Assembly (NCBI GenBank): GCA_019057865.1
Contig: JAHLWP010000035.1
Location: forward strand, 1 to 42,765
Direction of reading: 5' to 3'
Source: Promethearchaeota archaeon
GTDB lineage: Archaea > Asgardarchaeota > Lokiarchaeia > Sigyniarchaeales > SOKP01
Length of the DNA stretch: 42,765 bases
Shown: positions 1 to 9,537 of the stretch, one piece after another
How positions within the stretch are numbered: position 1 is the first letter of the stretch
How the letters are laid out: each line of letters starts with the position of its first letter
Made by a program: the position numbers and the translations under genes
Notes under the pieces: generated by a model
What the model saw: only the letters and a program-made list of their open reading frames with translations
The model's database searches: none
What the model was told of the DNA's origin: nothing

Positions 1-497
1 GCTCCAAATCCAATTATAAAAAAAAATCCTGCTCCCAGAACTCCTGTAGATTTAATATCTACACCATCAACGCTAGCAGCAATTCCGTGAGCAAATTCAT
101 GAGTAGTTAATATAAACAAAAGAGGGAGAATTAGATAAAATAATAAAGGTAGATCTATTGTAACACCAGGAATTAAGGGAACTACAGCTTGTTCGATTCT
201 AGGATTTATTATTAAATTAATGAAATTTGCAAAGAAAAAATAAAATGCAAAAATTGTGAATCCAAATGATACAAAAATCCCTATGGTCCAGAAAATTTTC
301 CAAAACTTTGGTGCTCTTCTAGAAATTTTTTTTATTAAATTATTTAACTTTTTAGTTTTAAACATAGCTAATAATGGGAAAAAGAGATACGCTGCCTCTT
401 TTTTATTTCTTAATAGATATGCTAACAGAGCTACTAGTATCCAAAAGATGAGAGAAATTATAAACCAAGGATTAAAGAAAAAATCTAAGAAGGTCAT
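1..497 (-). CDS. Site-2 protease (M50 membrane zinc metalloprotease), runs off the left window edge
   Basis: Not in the ORF track. Minus-strand frame from ATG at 497 reads MTFLDFFFNPWFIISLIFW...PLIPG...LFILTTHEFAHGIAASVDGV, with hydrophobic segments and the HExxH motif. Confidence 0.9.
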   Translation of the reverse strand, partial: MTFLDFFFNPWFIISLIFWILVALLAYLLRNKKEAAYLFFPLLAMFKTKKLNNLIKKISRRAPKFWKIFWTIGIFVSFGFTIFAFYFFFANFINLIINPRIEQAVVPLIPGVTIDLPLLFYLILPLLFILTTHEFAHGIAASVDGVDIKSTGVLGAGFFFIIGFG

Positions 498-727
498 ATA
501 ATTTTTTACTCATTTTCCAACTTCTTCTATCTAATTTATATTAAAAGTTAAAGTTATTGGTTATTATTTCTTGTTAATATCCAGTTATCAATCAAAATTT
601 CTATTCTTAATTTTGGGATTAAAAAATACCATTATAAAAATAGAAAAAAATTAAATTATAATTTTAATATTGTAATATATAGATTAATCATTAATCTTAC
701 AAACCTTACCATCCTCAATGTATTAAA

Positions 728-859
728 AGCGGGGTGGGCTAGCCTGGTTTATGCCGCAGGGCTCATATGTGGTAAATATTTACCATGGAGAGACCCTGAG
801 ATCGTTCGTTCAAAAGTAAGATGCTGATTTCCAGCAGATTGAAAATCGAACCCCCGCTA
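728..859 (+). tRNA. Initiator tRNA-Met(CAT) with two introns (37/38: 768-792; 59/60: 815-845)
   Basis: Acceptor stem AGCGGGG/CCCCGCT with A1-U72, G11-C24, three G-C pairs in the anticodon stem, CAT at 764-766. Removing both inserts restores the CTCATAA and TTCAAAT loops. Confidence 0.93.
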
Positions 860-1018
860 CTACTTTTTCTTATTTATTAACGAAATATATTAAGACACAC
901 AGTTTTTATTAAAGATTTGATAATAATAATTATTTGCAGCTTAACAATTATAGCTAAAATAAGTTGTTCATATAATAATATTTATTTAGAATTTATGAAT
1001 CATAAGAAATGGATTTGA

Positions 1019-1717
1019 ATGAGTTTTTATCAAAGTAAATTTCCAGCAATTAAGTGTATGATTAAGCATGTCTTAGAAGGTCAATTTTCTGAGGATGATG
1101 TCTTACTATACACTATTTTTGGGAAAATAAAGAATGTTCATATTATTGGAACTATTATTGAAAAGCGAGAGGAGGTTTATCAAAGAGAAGGTGAAGAAAG
1201 ACAAAGAATTATATTCGATTTAGATGATGGTACTGGATTGGTTCAGGCAGTTAAATGGGAGGCTAATTTTGAAAAATATGAAAACTTGAAGAAAGGAGAT
1301 GTCATTGATTTGGTTGGAAATTTCCCAAAAAAATGGAAACTGTATAACACGATCTCAATAAATTTTTTAACGAAAGTAGAAGATCCAAATCTAATTTTGT
1401 TGAGAAATGGGGAAGTAGTTAAAAAAATTAAATCAGGAGAAATCCAAGAGATACCAGATCTACTAGAAAATGTTAATGATGTTGATGAAATCTATGTGGA
1501 TGATTTATTTCACGAGGAACAAAACATTAAAAAAGAGGATATTAAAGAAAACATATATAAAGTAATTGAGGAACATTCTTCAAATGGATTTGGGATTAAT
1601 TTTGAAGAGCTAAACAAATTGATTCAAATTACTGAAAGTGTTTTGAAAAAATATATTAAAGATCTGGAGATGGAATCAAGAATTTATCAATCTGATAATT
1701 ATTATCAATCTTATTAA
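1019..1717 (+). CDS. Replication protein A 32 kDa-like subunit (OB fold plus C-terminal winged helix)
   Basis: OB motif LDDGTG, acidic linker, C-terminal wHTH (LKKYIKDLEMESRIYQ). Confidence 0.8.
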   Translation: MSFYQSKFPAIKCMIKHVLEGQFSEDDVLLYTIFGKIKNVHIIGTIIEKREEVYQREGEERQRIIFDLDDGTGLVQAVKWEANFEKYENLKKGDVIDLVGNFPKKWKLYNTISINFLTKVEDPNLILLRNGEVVKKIKSGEIQEIPDLLENVNDVDEIYVDDLFHEEQNIKKEDIKENIYKVIEEHSSNGFGINFEELNKLIQITESVLKKYIKDLEMESRIYQSDNYYQSY

Positions 1718-1815
1718 AAGTAAAGTTATAAAACAATATTTCAAAAAAGTAAAATATATTTTCTACGCAATTTTTTATATTTATAATTAAGTTTAATTCA
1801 AATTTGATAATAATC

Positions 1816-2229
1816 ATGGATTTATACGATTATAAGAAATTGCTAGATAAAGTATATGAAAAAATTCCAGAAAATGTAAAGCAGTCTGCTAGATTTGAGA
1901 TTCCCAAGGTAGAAATTCGTATAGAATCAAAAAATACTTTTATCACAAATCTTAATAAAATTCTTAACACTCTAAATAGAGATAAAAAGCATTTTATGGG
2001 AATTTTCCTTAAAAAAGCAGGGACAATGGGTGAGATTCGTGGGCAACAATTATTCTTGAAAGGTCAATATAAAGAACAAGTATTAAACCGGTTAATTGAA
2101 AATTATACAAAAACCTACGTATTATGTAGTATTTGTAATAAACCAGATACTCAAATTCAAAGAGAGGGTAAAAAATATTATCTTAAATGCACTGCCTGTG
2201 GAGCAAGACAAGAGATAAAAGAAAAATAA
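1816..2229 (+). CDS. eif2b: Translation initiation factor aIF-2 beta subunit
   Basis: Y..LLD..Y..IP, RFEIP, YVLCSICNKPDT...LKCTACGA zinc ribbon. ATG at 1816; alternative TTG at 1804. Confidence 0.95.
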   Translation: MDLYDYKKLLDKVYEKIPENVKQSARFEIPKVEIRIESKNTFITNLNKILNTLNRDKKHFMGIFLKKAGTMGEIRGQQLFLKGQYKEQVLNRLIENYTKTYVLCSICNKPDTQIQREGKKYYLKCTACGARQEIKEK

Positions 2230-2241
2230 ACTAGAAAGGAT

Positions 2242-2538
2242 ATGAAAGTATACCTGAAAATTCATCTTAAAGATGAAATTGAGACAATTGCTTGTTGCGA
2301 TGAAAAATTACTTAACCAAGTTTTTAAGGAAGGTAATTTGAGAATCGAGATTTCAAATCAATTTTTTGGAGGAAAATTATTTAATTTAGAGGATGCTATT
2401 GAAATTTTAAAAGAAGCATCTTACTTCAATATTGTAGGTGAAAATATAATTAGTAAAGCAATTGATTATAAAATTCTCCCTAAAGAGGGAATAAGATCTA
2501 TTAATGGAGTTCCAATGGCTTTAAAGATGATGTTTTAA
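2242..2538 (+). CDS. DUF424 family protein
   Basis: ACCD..LL, FFGG, NIVGE, GVP motifs; typical neighbour of aIF-2beta and NMD3. Confidence 0.85.
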   Translation: MKVYLKIHLKDEIETIACCDEKLLNQVFKEGNLRIEISNQFFGGKLFNLEDAIEILKEASYFNIVGENIISKAIDYKILPKEGIRSINGVPMALKMMF

Positions 2539-3452
2539 TGCCAAATCGATTTTGTGCTATATGTGGCAAAGTAGTTAGTGATGCTGATCCTCATTTTGGA
2601 ATGTGTTACGATTGTTATTTAAAGGAAAAACCTTTATTTGATTTACCTAAACGATTTTCATTGAATATTTGTATAGATTGTGGAAGTTATTCCAAAAAAG
2701 AAGTTTGGATTGAACCGAGAGATAACGAATTATTCCCTACAATCAATGAAGCTATCCATAGATTCTTATTAAAAAATTATTTGAAAAAGGGTAATATTGA
2801 GTTTTCTATCACTCTTGATGAGAAAAGTTATATATTTTCTTCAAAAGATTTATTAAAAAACCTCGATATCGTTGTTAATGGAAAAATGAAAGAAAACACT
2901 AATTTGAAGTATCAAGAAACAATTAATGTAAATTTAAATTATCTTCTGTGTAAAAACTGTTCAAATATAAGGGGAGGAACTTATTATATATCAATTATTC
3001 AATTACGAGTAAAAGATGAAACTCAATTTGATTTAATAGATAAAGCCCTAGATGAGATAAATAAGTATGCTGAAAAACTATTTGAAAAAGATCAAAAACA
3101 TTATATTTCAAAAATAGAGGATCAAAAATTTGGTGTAGACTTATATTTAAGTTCAAATGAATTAATGAATTATATCATAAAACTATTAAGAGTTAAGTAC
3201 TACTTTTTAATAAAAGGGACAAAGAAATTAATTGGCAGAGATATTCAAAAGGGTAAAAACCTATATAGATTAAAAACCTTAATAAAATTTTTACCAATAC
3301 AAAAAAATGATATTGTTATAATAGAAAATGAAGATTTTCTTGTTGAGAAGATTACTAAAAATAAAGTCTTCCTAAGAAACAAAAAGAATTCAAAATTGAT
3401 AAAAAATTATTCCTACTTTTTTAATGAGAAAATTCTTAAGAAAAAAATATAG
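2538..3452 (+). CDS. nmd3: NMD3 family ribosome biogenesis protein
   Basis: Four CxxC pairs (FCAICG, CYDCY, CIDCG, CKNC), IIQLR and GVDLYL motifs. Confidence 0.9.
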   Translation: MPNRFCAICGKVVSDADPHFGMCYDCYLKEKPLFDLPKRFSLNICIDCGSYSKKEVWIEPRDNELFPTINEAIHRFLLKNYLKKGNIEFSITLDEKSYIFSSKDLLKNLDIVVNGKMKENTNLKYQETINVNLNYLLCKNCSNIRGGTYYISIIQLRVKDETQFDLIDKALDEINKYAEKLFEKDQKHYISKIEDQKFGVDLYLSSNELMNYIIKLLRVKYYFLIKGTKKLIGRDIQKGKNLYRLKTLIKFLPIQKNDIVIIENEDFLVEKITKNKVFLRNKKNSKLIKNYSYFFNEKILKKKI

Positions 3453-3463
3453 AGGCAACTTTA

Positions 3464-4336
3464 TTGGAACAAGATAAAGATGAAATAGATGAGGAATTCG
3501 ATGAAATTTTAGATGAGGAATTCAATGAAATTTTAGATGAGGAATTCAACAATAAATTTGAGACTAATATTGATGAGTTGCAAAAAAGGAAAATAGATAA
3601 TAAAAGAATAAAAAAGATTGATCAATCAAAGAAAAGAGCAGTAATAGAATCTGTTTTTGATGAACGTACAATATTTCAATTAAATAGAATATTAACACAT
3701 GGACCACTTGAAAGAATTGAAGGGATAATCTCAGCCGGGAAAGAAGCAAATGTCTATCTAGCATATGATAGAAGTGGAGAAGAAGTTGCTGTAAAAATTT
3801 ATAAAATTGATAGTAATACTTCAAAATGGATGAGGAATTATATTATTGGAGATCCAAGATTTAAGAAAATTCCTAGTAATATTTCAAAAATTATTTTTTT
3901 ATGGGCAAGTAAAGAATTTAAAAACCTTAAAAGAGCATTTAAAGTAGGATTAAGTGTTCCAAAACCAATCTATATTAAGAATAACATATTATTAATGGAA
4001 TATATTGGTTTTGAATCCATTCCCGCCCCAATACTGAAGAATATTAAAAGCCCAAAGAATATAAATGATTTATTAGACGAATTATTAGATTTCATAAAGA
4101 TATTATTTCAAAAAGCTAAACTAGTTCATGGAGACCTTAGTGAATTTAACATCTTATATCATAATCAAAAACCGGTTGTAATTGATATTTCACAAGCAGT
4201 GTCAATTCAACATCCTAAAGCAGAAGTTTATCTAGTTAGAGATATTAAGAATATGTTGAATTATTTTAAAAAATTAGGGGTCAAAACACCAGATCCCGAA
4301 AAATTTTATTATGAAGTCATAAATTTAGACAATTAA
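3464..4336 (+). CDS. rio1: RIO1 serine/threonine kinase (TTG start)
   Basis: ISAGKEANVY, AVKIY, LVHGDLSEFNIL, IDISQAV. Confidence 0.95.
   Translation: MEQDKDEIDEEFDEILDEEFNEILDEEFNNKFETNIDELQKRKIDNKRIKKIDQSKKRAVIESVFDERTIFQLNRILTHGPLERIEGIISAGKEANVYLAYDRSGEEVAVKIYKIDSNTSKWMRNYIIGDPRFKKIPSNISKIIFLWASKEFKNLKRAFKVGLSVPKPIYIKNNILLMEYIGFESIPAPILKNIKSPKNINDLLDELLDFIKILFQKAKLVHGDLSEFNILYHNQKPVVIDISQAVSIQHPKAEVYLVRDIKNMLNYFKKLGVKTPDPEKFYYEVINLDN
3488..3549 (+). repeat. 24-bp tandem repeat (about 2.6 copies) encoding DEEF[D/N]EIL at the RIO1 N-terminus
   Basis: GATGAGGAATTC(G/A)ATGAAATTTTA units start at 3488 and 3512, with a partial unit at 3536. Confidence 0.9.
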
Positions 4337-4379
4337 ATAAATAAAGTAAAATGATTTAATCAAAATTTTTTATATAAAA

Positions 4380-4937
4380 ATGAAAATTGGTAAAAATCGT
4401 ATAGCAGTCTTAATCGGGAAGGATGGAGAAACAAAAAAAGAGATTGAAAAAGCATTAGCAGTAAAAATTAATTTAGATAGTAAAACCGGTGAATGTGAGA
4501 TTTTACCATTAATTAACGTTCTAAATTACAATCCAATTAATGTTTACACAGCAGAAAAAATTGTTAACGCGATTAATAGAGGGTTTAATCCTGTTAAAGC
4601 AATGAAATTATTGGATGAAACTTATGAACTGGAAATTTTTAATCTTTTTTTACTTTTAGGTAAATCAGATAAGAGGATTAAACGAATTAAAGGACGTATT
4701 ATTGGAAGAAATGGAGAAATGCGTAAGGCAATTGAAAGATTTGCTGAAAGTTACATTTCAGTATACGGAAAAACTGTATCCATCATAGCAGATTATGAAA
4801 ATTTACAGATTGCAAGAAAGGCAGTAAGTATGTTGATAAATGGAATGCCTCATCATGTTGCTTTAAGGTTTTTAGAAAATAAATATAATGAAAAAAAGAA
4901 AGAGCAATTTAGACAGATGTATAAACCTGAATTTTAA
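4380..4937 (+). CDS. KH-domain rRNA processing protein Pno1/Dim2
   Basis: RIAVLIGKDG, RGF.P..A, RIKGRIIGRNG, G..H motifs; follows rio1. Confidence 0.92.
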   Translation: MKIGKNRIAVLIGKDGETKKEIEKALAVKINLDSKTGECEILPLINVLNYNPINVYTAEKIVNAINRGFNPVKAMKLLDETYELEIFNLFLLLGKSDKRIKRIKGRIIGRNGEMRKAIERFAESYISVYGKTVSIIADYENLQIARKAVSMLINGMPHHVALRFLENKYNEKKKEQFRQMYKPEF

Positions 4938-4941
4938 TAAT

Positions 4942-5310
4942 CTATTTTAAAAACTTGTTTTTATAGATTTTAGAGGCATTATTTAAAATATCTTTTCCAT
5001 ATATAATTTCTTTTAATTCTTTGAGTAAAAGGCTTTGATTTCTAATGTTTTCTACTGAAAAAATTTCATTAAACTCTTCCTTTTTAGAATAATTAAGGTG
5101 AACTTCAAAGCTTTTAATAGAATATGAATTCGTAGTGTAAGATTTGAAAATAACTATACTCCGTGGATAAAGACTTTTTTCTTTTAAGAAAATACCCCAA
5201 CCATCGAAATAAAAATCAAAATTAATAGAAAAGAATTCATTCCAAAAACTTATTTCTTTAAGAATCCCATCTATTTCATTTTTTATTTTTGGAGAAAACT
5301 TGTATTCCAT
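4942..5310 (-). CDS. Hypothetical protein
   Basis: 122-aa ORF filling the gap downstream of ftsZ; no recognised motif. Confidence 0.65.
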   Translation of the reverse strand: MEYKFSPKIKNEIDGILKEISFWNEFFSINFDFYFDGWGIFLKEKSLYPRSIVIFKSYTTNSYSIKSFEVHLNYSKKEEFNEIFSVENIRNQSLLLKELKEIIYGKDILNNASKIYKNKFLK

Positions 5311-5356
5311 ATAATTTAGTATAATTAGGAATATTTAAAGAAATATTAAAAAAAAA

Positions 5357-6463
5357 TTAATCAAAAGCAATTTCACCAATGTTAAATATATCATTGGATA
5401 AACCTAATTTTGATTTTTTAAATTTAGGTTTATAGGATGGTTGATTCATTGAAAAACAATTACCAAAAATTTGAGGAGATTTAATACCTGTAATAAGAAG
5501 CATGACTCTTAAAAATCCATCAAATTCATCCGAAACACGTGCACCCCAAATAACCATAGAGTCATTTACATCCATTTTTTCTGATATTTTTTTAGCGACT
5601 GAGTTAGCTTCTGCTAAAGTCATGTCATTTCCTCCACAAATATGAATTAAAGCACCTTTTGCTCCTTCTATACTCACATCTAATAATGGAGTATTAAGTG
5701 CGTCATTAATAGCGTCATCAACACGATTCTCATTTCCATTTGATTCACCAACCCCTACAATTGCAACACCACCAGTACTCAATATTGTTCTAACATCTGC
5801 GAAATCCAAATTAATCAAGGATGGTAATGATATTGTTTCAGTAATACCTTTTACCATTGTTGCTAATACTTCATCAGCAACACTGAAAGCTTCTATGATT
5901 GGTAAGTTAGGGGCAATTTCTAATAATCGATTATTATCTATTACGACCAATGTATCAACATATCTTTTTAAAAGATTTAAACCAATTTTTGCTTTATCCA
6001 TCCGTCCAATTTCCGTTTCAAATGGTAGAGTCACTACTCCTACTACAATAGCACCTTCCAGTTTCGCAATTTCAGCTATAATGGGAGCACTACCTGTCCC
6101 AGTTCCCCCTCCTTCTCCACATGTTATAAATACTAAATTTGAATCTCTTAAAACTCTTGTTAAAGCTTCTCGAGATTCTTCCGCAGCTGCTTTACCAATC
6201 TCAGGATTACCACCCGCACCAAGTCCCCTTGTTAAATTTTTTCCAATTAAAATTTTTATTTGAGACTCCACAGCATCTAAATGTTGGCAATCGGTATTTA
6301 TAGCAATACACTGAGCCCCTCTTATTCCTATTTTCATTAATCTATTAATTGTATTATTTCCTGCACCACCACATCCAAGGATCTTAATATTGGCATAGCC
6401 CAAATTTTCAATTTGGGGATTATTTATTTCTCTCTTACGTGCATTTTTGATAAATGATTCCAT
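5357..6463 (-). CDS. ftsZ: Cell division protein FtsZ (FtsZ2-like)
   Basis: GCGGAGNN, GLGAGGNP, GGGTGTG tubulin signature. IDNNRLL and PSLINLDFAD resemble the archaeal FtsZ2 clade. Confidence 0.95.
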   Translation of the reverse strand: MESFIKNARKREINNPQIENLGYANIKILGCGGAGNNTINRLMKIGIRGAQCIAINTDCQHLDAVESQIKILIGKNLTRGLGAGGNPEIGKAAAEESREALTRVLRDSNLVFITCGEGGGTGTGSAPIIAEIAKLEGAIVVGVVTLPFETEIGRMDKAKIGLNLLKRYVDTLVVIDNNRLLEIAPNLPIIEAFSVADEVLATMVKGITETISLPSLINLDFADVRTILSTGGVAIVGVGESNGNENRVDDAINDALNTPLLDVSIEGAKGALIHICGGNDMTLAEANSVAKKISEKMDVNDSMVIWGARVSDEFDGFLRVMLLITGIKSPQIFGNCFSMNQPSYKPKFKKSKLGLSNDIFNIGEIAFD

Positions 6464-6564
6464 TCAAAATCAATTATTGAATTTAATTAATTCTTTAAAA
6501 AAAAAATAAAATTGGAAAATTATAATTGATGTGATATCTAAATATTATATATCTTATATAAAAT

Positions 6565-7785
6565 TCAATGTAATGAAAAATCCTTTTCGATATCAGGATC
6601 AAAGATTTGCTTTAATTGATTATCTTTAATGAGGAAAATCTTTGGTAAAGGATATGGAAAGCGATTTGAAAAAGTTAAACAGTACGCACCTGTATTGGTG
6701 ACTAAAACTTTATCCCCTTCTTTTATATACTCACTAAAAAAGTAATCTTTTGCTAATACATCTTGATCAGTTGGAACTATTCCTAAGAATGTTGTTGGTT
6801 CATTATGCGAAAGATGGATTTTAGAGGCATTATAAAACCTTAGAGAACATCTAGCGAATTTCGGACATATGTGATTTCCTATATTTAAGAAAACATTTCG
6901 ATCATTAGATACTTTTAGAATTTTAGCTATAAATAAACCAGCATCACCAACAAAGTACCTACCAGGTTCAAAATAAATTTTCTCATAATTAATACTAAAA
7001 TCCTCAAAGATGGTTCTTATATTTTTAACAATTTTTCTTAATTGGTTTTGAGGCATTATAGTAGCTTCTGGAAAACCCCCTCCAATATTTATATTTTTAA
7101 CATTAATCCCAATTCGCGAAAAATTCTTTAAAGCCTCTATAATAGTTGTAATATTTTTTTTAAATTGCTCAAAATTATTCATTTGAGTACTATAATGAGA
7201 TAGTATTGTTGTTATTTTGATATTTTTACAACTTGTAATTAGCCTTTCTAAAAATATTAAGTTTTTTTTATCAAAATTAATACCTAATTTACTATTATAT
7301 TTCTGAGAATTAACTCTGATACAAATATTTTGGTTAGTATTAAATTTCTGAGCAACTAAATTAATTTTTTTTATGTCATTTAAATTATATACTATTAATT
7401 CCTTGATTTGGTTTTTTATACTAAGTCTTATCATTTCTTTTGGTAAATAGGGCCCTCCAGCTAATATTTTATTAGGGGGAAATCCGATTTTTAATGCTAA
7501 TCTAAGTTCAGGTAACCCGACAACATTTGCACCAATTCTTTCTGAACATATAATATTACAAATATCGGGAAGAAAATTAGCTTTAAATGAATAATAGCAT
7601 TCAAAATCATTAAATTCAGAACTAACAACATCTATAAATGATTTGACATTATCTCTTATTCTGTTTTCCAAAAAAATTAATAATGGAGTTTTAAATTTAT
7701 TTAGAATATCTTCAAGATATATCAAATCAATTAAAATTTTGCCTCCCTCTTTCTTTAAGAAAGGATTTCCAGAGATTTTTTTCAT
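6565..7785 (-). CDS. Fold-type III PLP enzyme, diaminopimelate/ornithine decarboxylase family (atypical)
   Basis: YSFKAN (PLP lysine), NIGGGF, FEPGRY, NTGAY; the catalytic CESGD motif is replaced by PTDQD. Confidence 0.8.
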   Translation of the reverse strand: MKKISGNPFLKKEGGKILIDLIYLEDILNKFKTPLLIFLENRIRDNVKSFIDVVSSEFNDFECYYSFKANFLPDICNIICSERIGANVVGLPELRLALKIGFPPNKILAGGPYLPKEMIRLSIKNQIKELIVYNLNDIKKINLVAQKFNTNQNICIRVNSQKYNSKLGINFDKKNLIFLERLITSCKNIKITTILSHYSTQMNNFEQFKKNITTIIEALKNFSRIGINVKNINIGGGFPEATIMPQNQLRKIVKNIRTIFEDFSINYEKIYFEPGRYFVGDAGLFIAKILKVSNDRNVFLNIGNHICPKFARCSLRFYNASKIHLSHNEPTTFLGIVPTDQDVLAKDYFFSEYIKEGDKVLVTNTGAYCLTFSNRFPYPLPKIFLIKDNQLKQIFDPDIEKDFSLH

Positions 7786-7795
7786 ATTATTATCA

Positions 7796-9094
7796 TTATT
7801 TTTTATTTATTAGATTTTGATATAATAAATGTGTTTTTTCTGCAATTATATCCCATGTATAATTTTGTGATACCTTTAATTGTCCTGCTAAGCCAAATTT
7901 TTTTTTTAATCTCCTATTTTTTAATAGAACAAGAACTTTTTTGGCAATATCAATTGGATTATCGAATTCCACTAAGAGTCCATCATAATTTTCTCTTATT
8001 ACTTCTGGTGTAGCACCAATTTTCGCTCCAATTACTGGTTTTCCGGCAGCCCAAGCTTCTAAAAATGAAATTCCAAAAGCATCACTTCGACTTGGCATTA
8101 AATATAAATCTGCTTCTCTAAATGCACTCAGCTTTTTTTTATCAAAATAACCAGTTAAATTATCAGGTGTAAAATTAAGGATTCTAGCATTTCTTAACTT
8201 ACGAACTTTTGATAATTCACGGTTAAATGCTAAGGTTGAAGGACCAATAAAAACAAAATAAATTCTAGGAACCTTTTGTAAGATGTAAGGGATTGCTTTT
8301 AAGATTGAAAGTGCCCCTTTTTCATAGTTTTTATATCCACAGAATAACACTAATTTATAATTTTTTTCCTTTCTTTTAAAAAAATTTTGTTTGAAATAAG
8401 ATTTTACGTGTTTGGAGTTTTTAATGTCTTTAAATTTTTCATAATCCACACCCATAGGAATTACCATAATTTTTTCTTTTTGCATACCATAGTTTTTTAT
8501 CAAAACTTTCTTTTCAAGATTTGTACAAGTTATAATGACATCAAATTTGCTTAAAACCTCAATTAAACTTGAATCTAAGTAACGTGGATTTGAAAAATGA
8601 AAAAATGGAGTACAAATTTTAGGTTTGTTAATGAGATTTCCTAAAATTAAAGCGATGATTAAGTTAAAATAAGGATAAAATGTAGCATGTATTAAATCAT
8701 AATTTATTGTTGGTTTTTTTAAGAAAAAATTGATTAAATCCTCCATATACGGCCCATTTTCTATAAATTTTATTAAACTTTCATTACTTAAATTTAAAAA
8801 ATCAAAATTAGGAATTTTTTTTAATTTATTTATTATATCATCAGGAGAAAGATTATAGTTTATCGAGAATCTATTAATCCTAATGTTATTTACTCCGTTA
8901 AAATACTTATTATTCCTCGTTATAAATCTCCCATTAGATTCTCTTAAAGCTTTGAAGTCAATCGCATTTGAAGTATAGATATCTACATTATAATCATATT
9001 TTTTTGTTAAAATTTCTGCCATTCTTTGAAAATAAAATTCAGCACCAGATATTGATGGATAATATCTTGTAGGAAGAAATAAAATATGATTCAA
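7796..9094 (-). CDS. Glycosyltransferase family 4
   Basis: YYPSISGAE, IPMGVD, KG, PSRSDAFGISFLEAWAAGKPVI. Confidence 0.92.
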   Translation of the reverse strand: MNHILFLPTRYYPSISGAEFYFQRMAEILTKKYDYNVDIYTSNAIDFKALRESNGRFITRNNKYFNGVNNIRINRFSINYNLSPDDIINKLKKIPNFDFLNLSNESLIKFIENGPYMEDLINFFLKKPTINYDLIHATFYPYFNLIIALILGNLINKPKICTPFFHFSNPRYLDSSLIEVLSKFDVIITCTNLEKKVLIKNYGMQKEKIMVIPMGVDYEKFKDIKNSKHVKSYFKQNFFKRKEKNYKLVLFCGYKNYEKGALSILKAIPYILQKVPRIYFVFIGPSTLAFNRELSKVRKLRNARILNFTPDNLTGYFDKKKLSAFREADLYLMPSRSDAFGISFLEAWAAGKPVIGAKIGATPEVIRENYDGLLVEFDNPIDIAKKVLVLLKNRRLKKKFGLAGQLKVSQNYTWDIIAEKTHLLYQNLINKK

Positions 9095-9144
9095 AATATA
9101 TTGATCCTTTTTACTTATTAATTATATTTATAAATAAGATACAA

Positions 9145-9537
9145 ATGTCAAAAGATTTATTATTAGCCATTTTTGAAATGGCTAAAAAGAAGCTGGTTCT
9201 TGACGAGGAACTAATAGATTTCTTAGAAGTCCTCTTTCCTGACAAATCTACTAATATTATTGAAGTTTTAAAAAGGGGAATTACAAAAAACATATATAAA
9301 CCCTCAAATAGAATAGTTTGGACCGCGATGGGTGAAAATCAAGAGCATTTAATGTATCCTAAAATATTTTGTAGTTGTCAAGATTTTTATAAATCAGTTA
9401 TTATAAAAAAAGAAAGACTTTTTTGTAAGCATCTTATAGCTCAAATCATTAGTGAAGCTCTAAACAATTATAAAATTAAAGAATTAGAAGATCAAGAATT
9501 TAGTGAAATAATTAGGGATTTGAGGTTAAAAATATAA
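9145..9537 (+). CDS. SWIM zinc-finger protein (SWS1/ZSWIM7-like)
   Basis: FCSCQDF-x11-FCKHLIA SWIM motif in a small single-domain protein. Confidence 0.8.
   Translation: MSKDLLLAIFEMAKKKLVLDEELIDFLEVLFPDKSTNIIEVLKRGITKNIYKPSNRIVWTAMGENQEHLMYPKIFCSCQDFYKSVIIKKERLFCKHLIAQIISEALNNYKIKELEDQEFSEIIRDLRLKI

Noticed and set aside
256-501. 81-aa plus-strand ORF
   Set aside because: Antisense shadow of the site-2 protease, which carries the HExxH motif on the minus strand.
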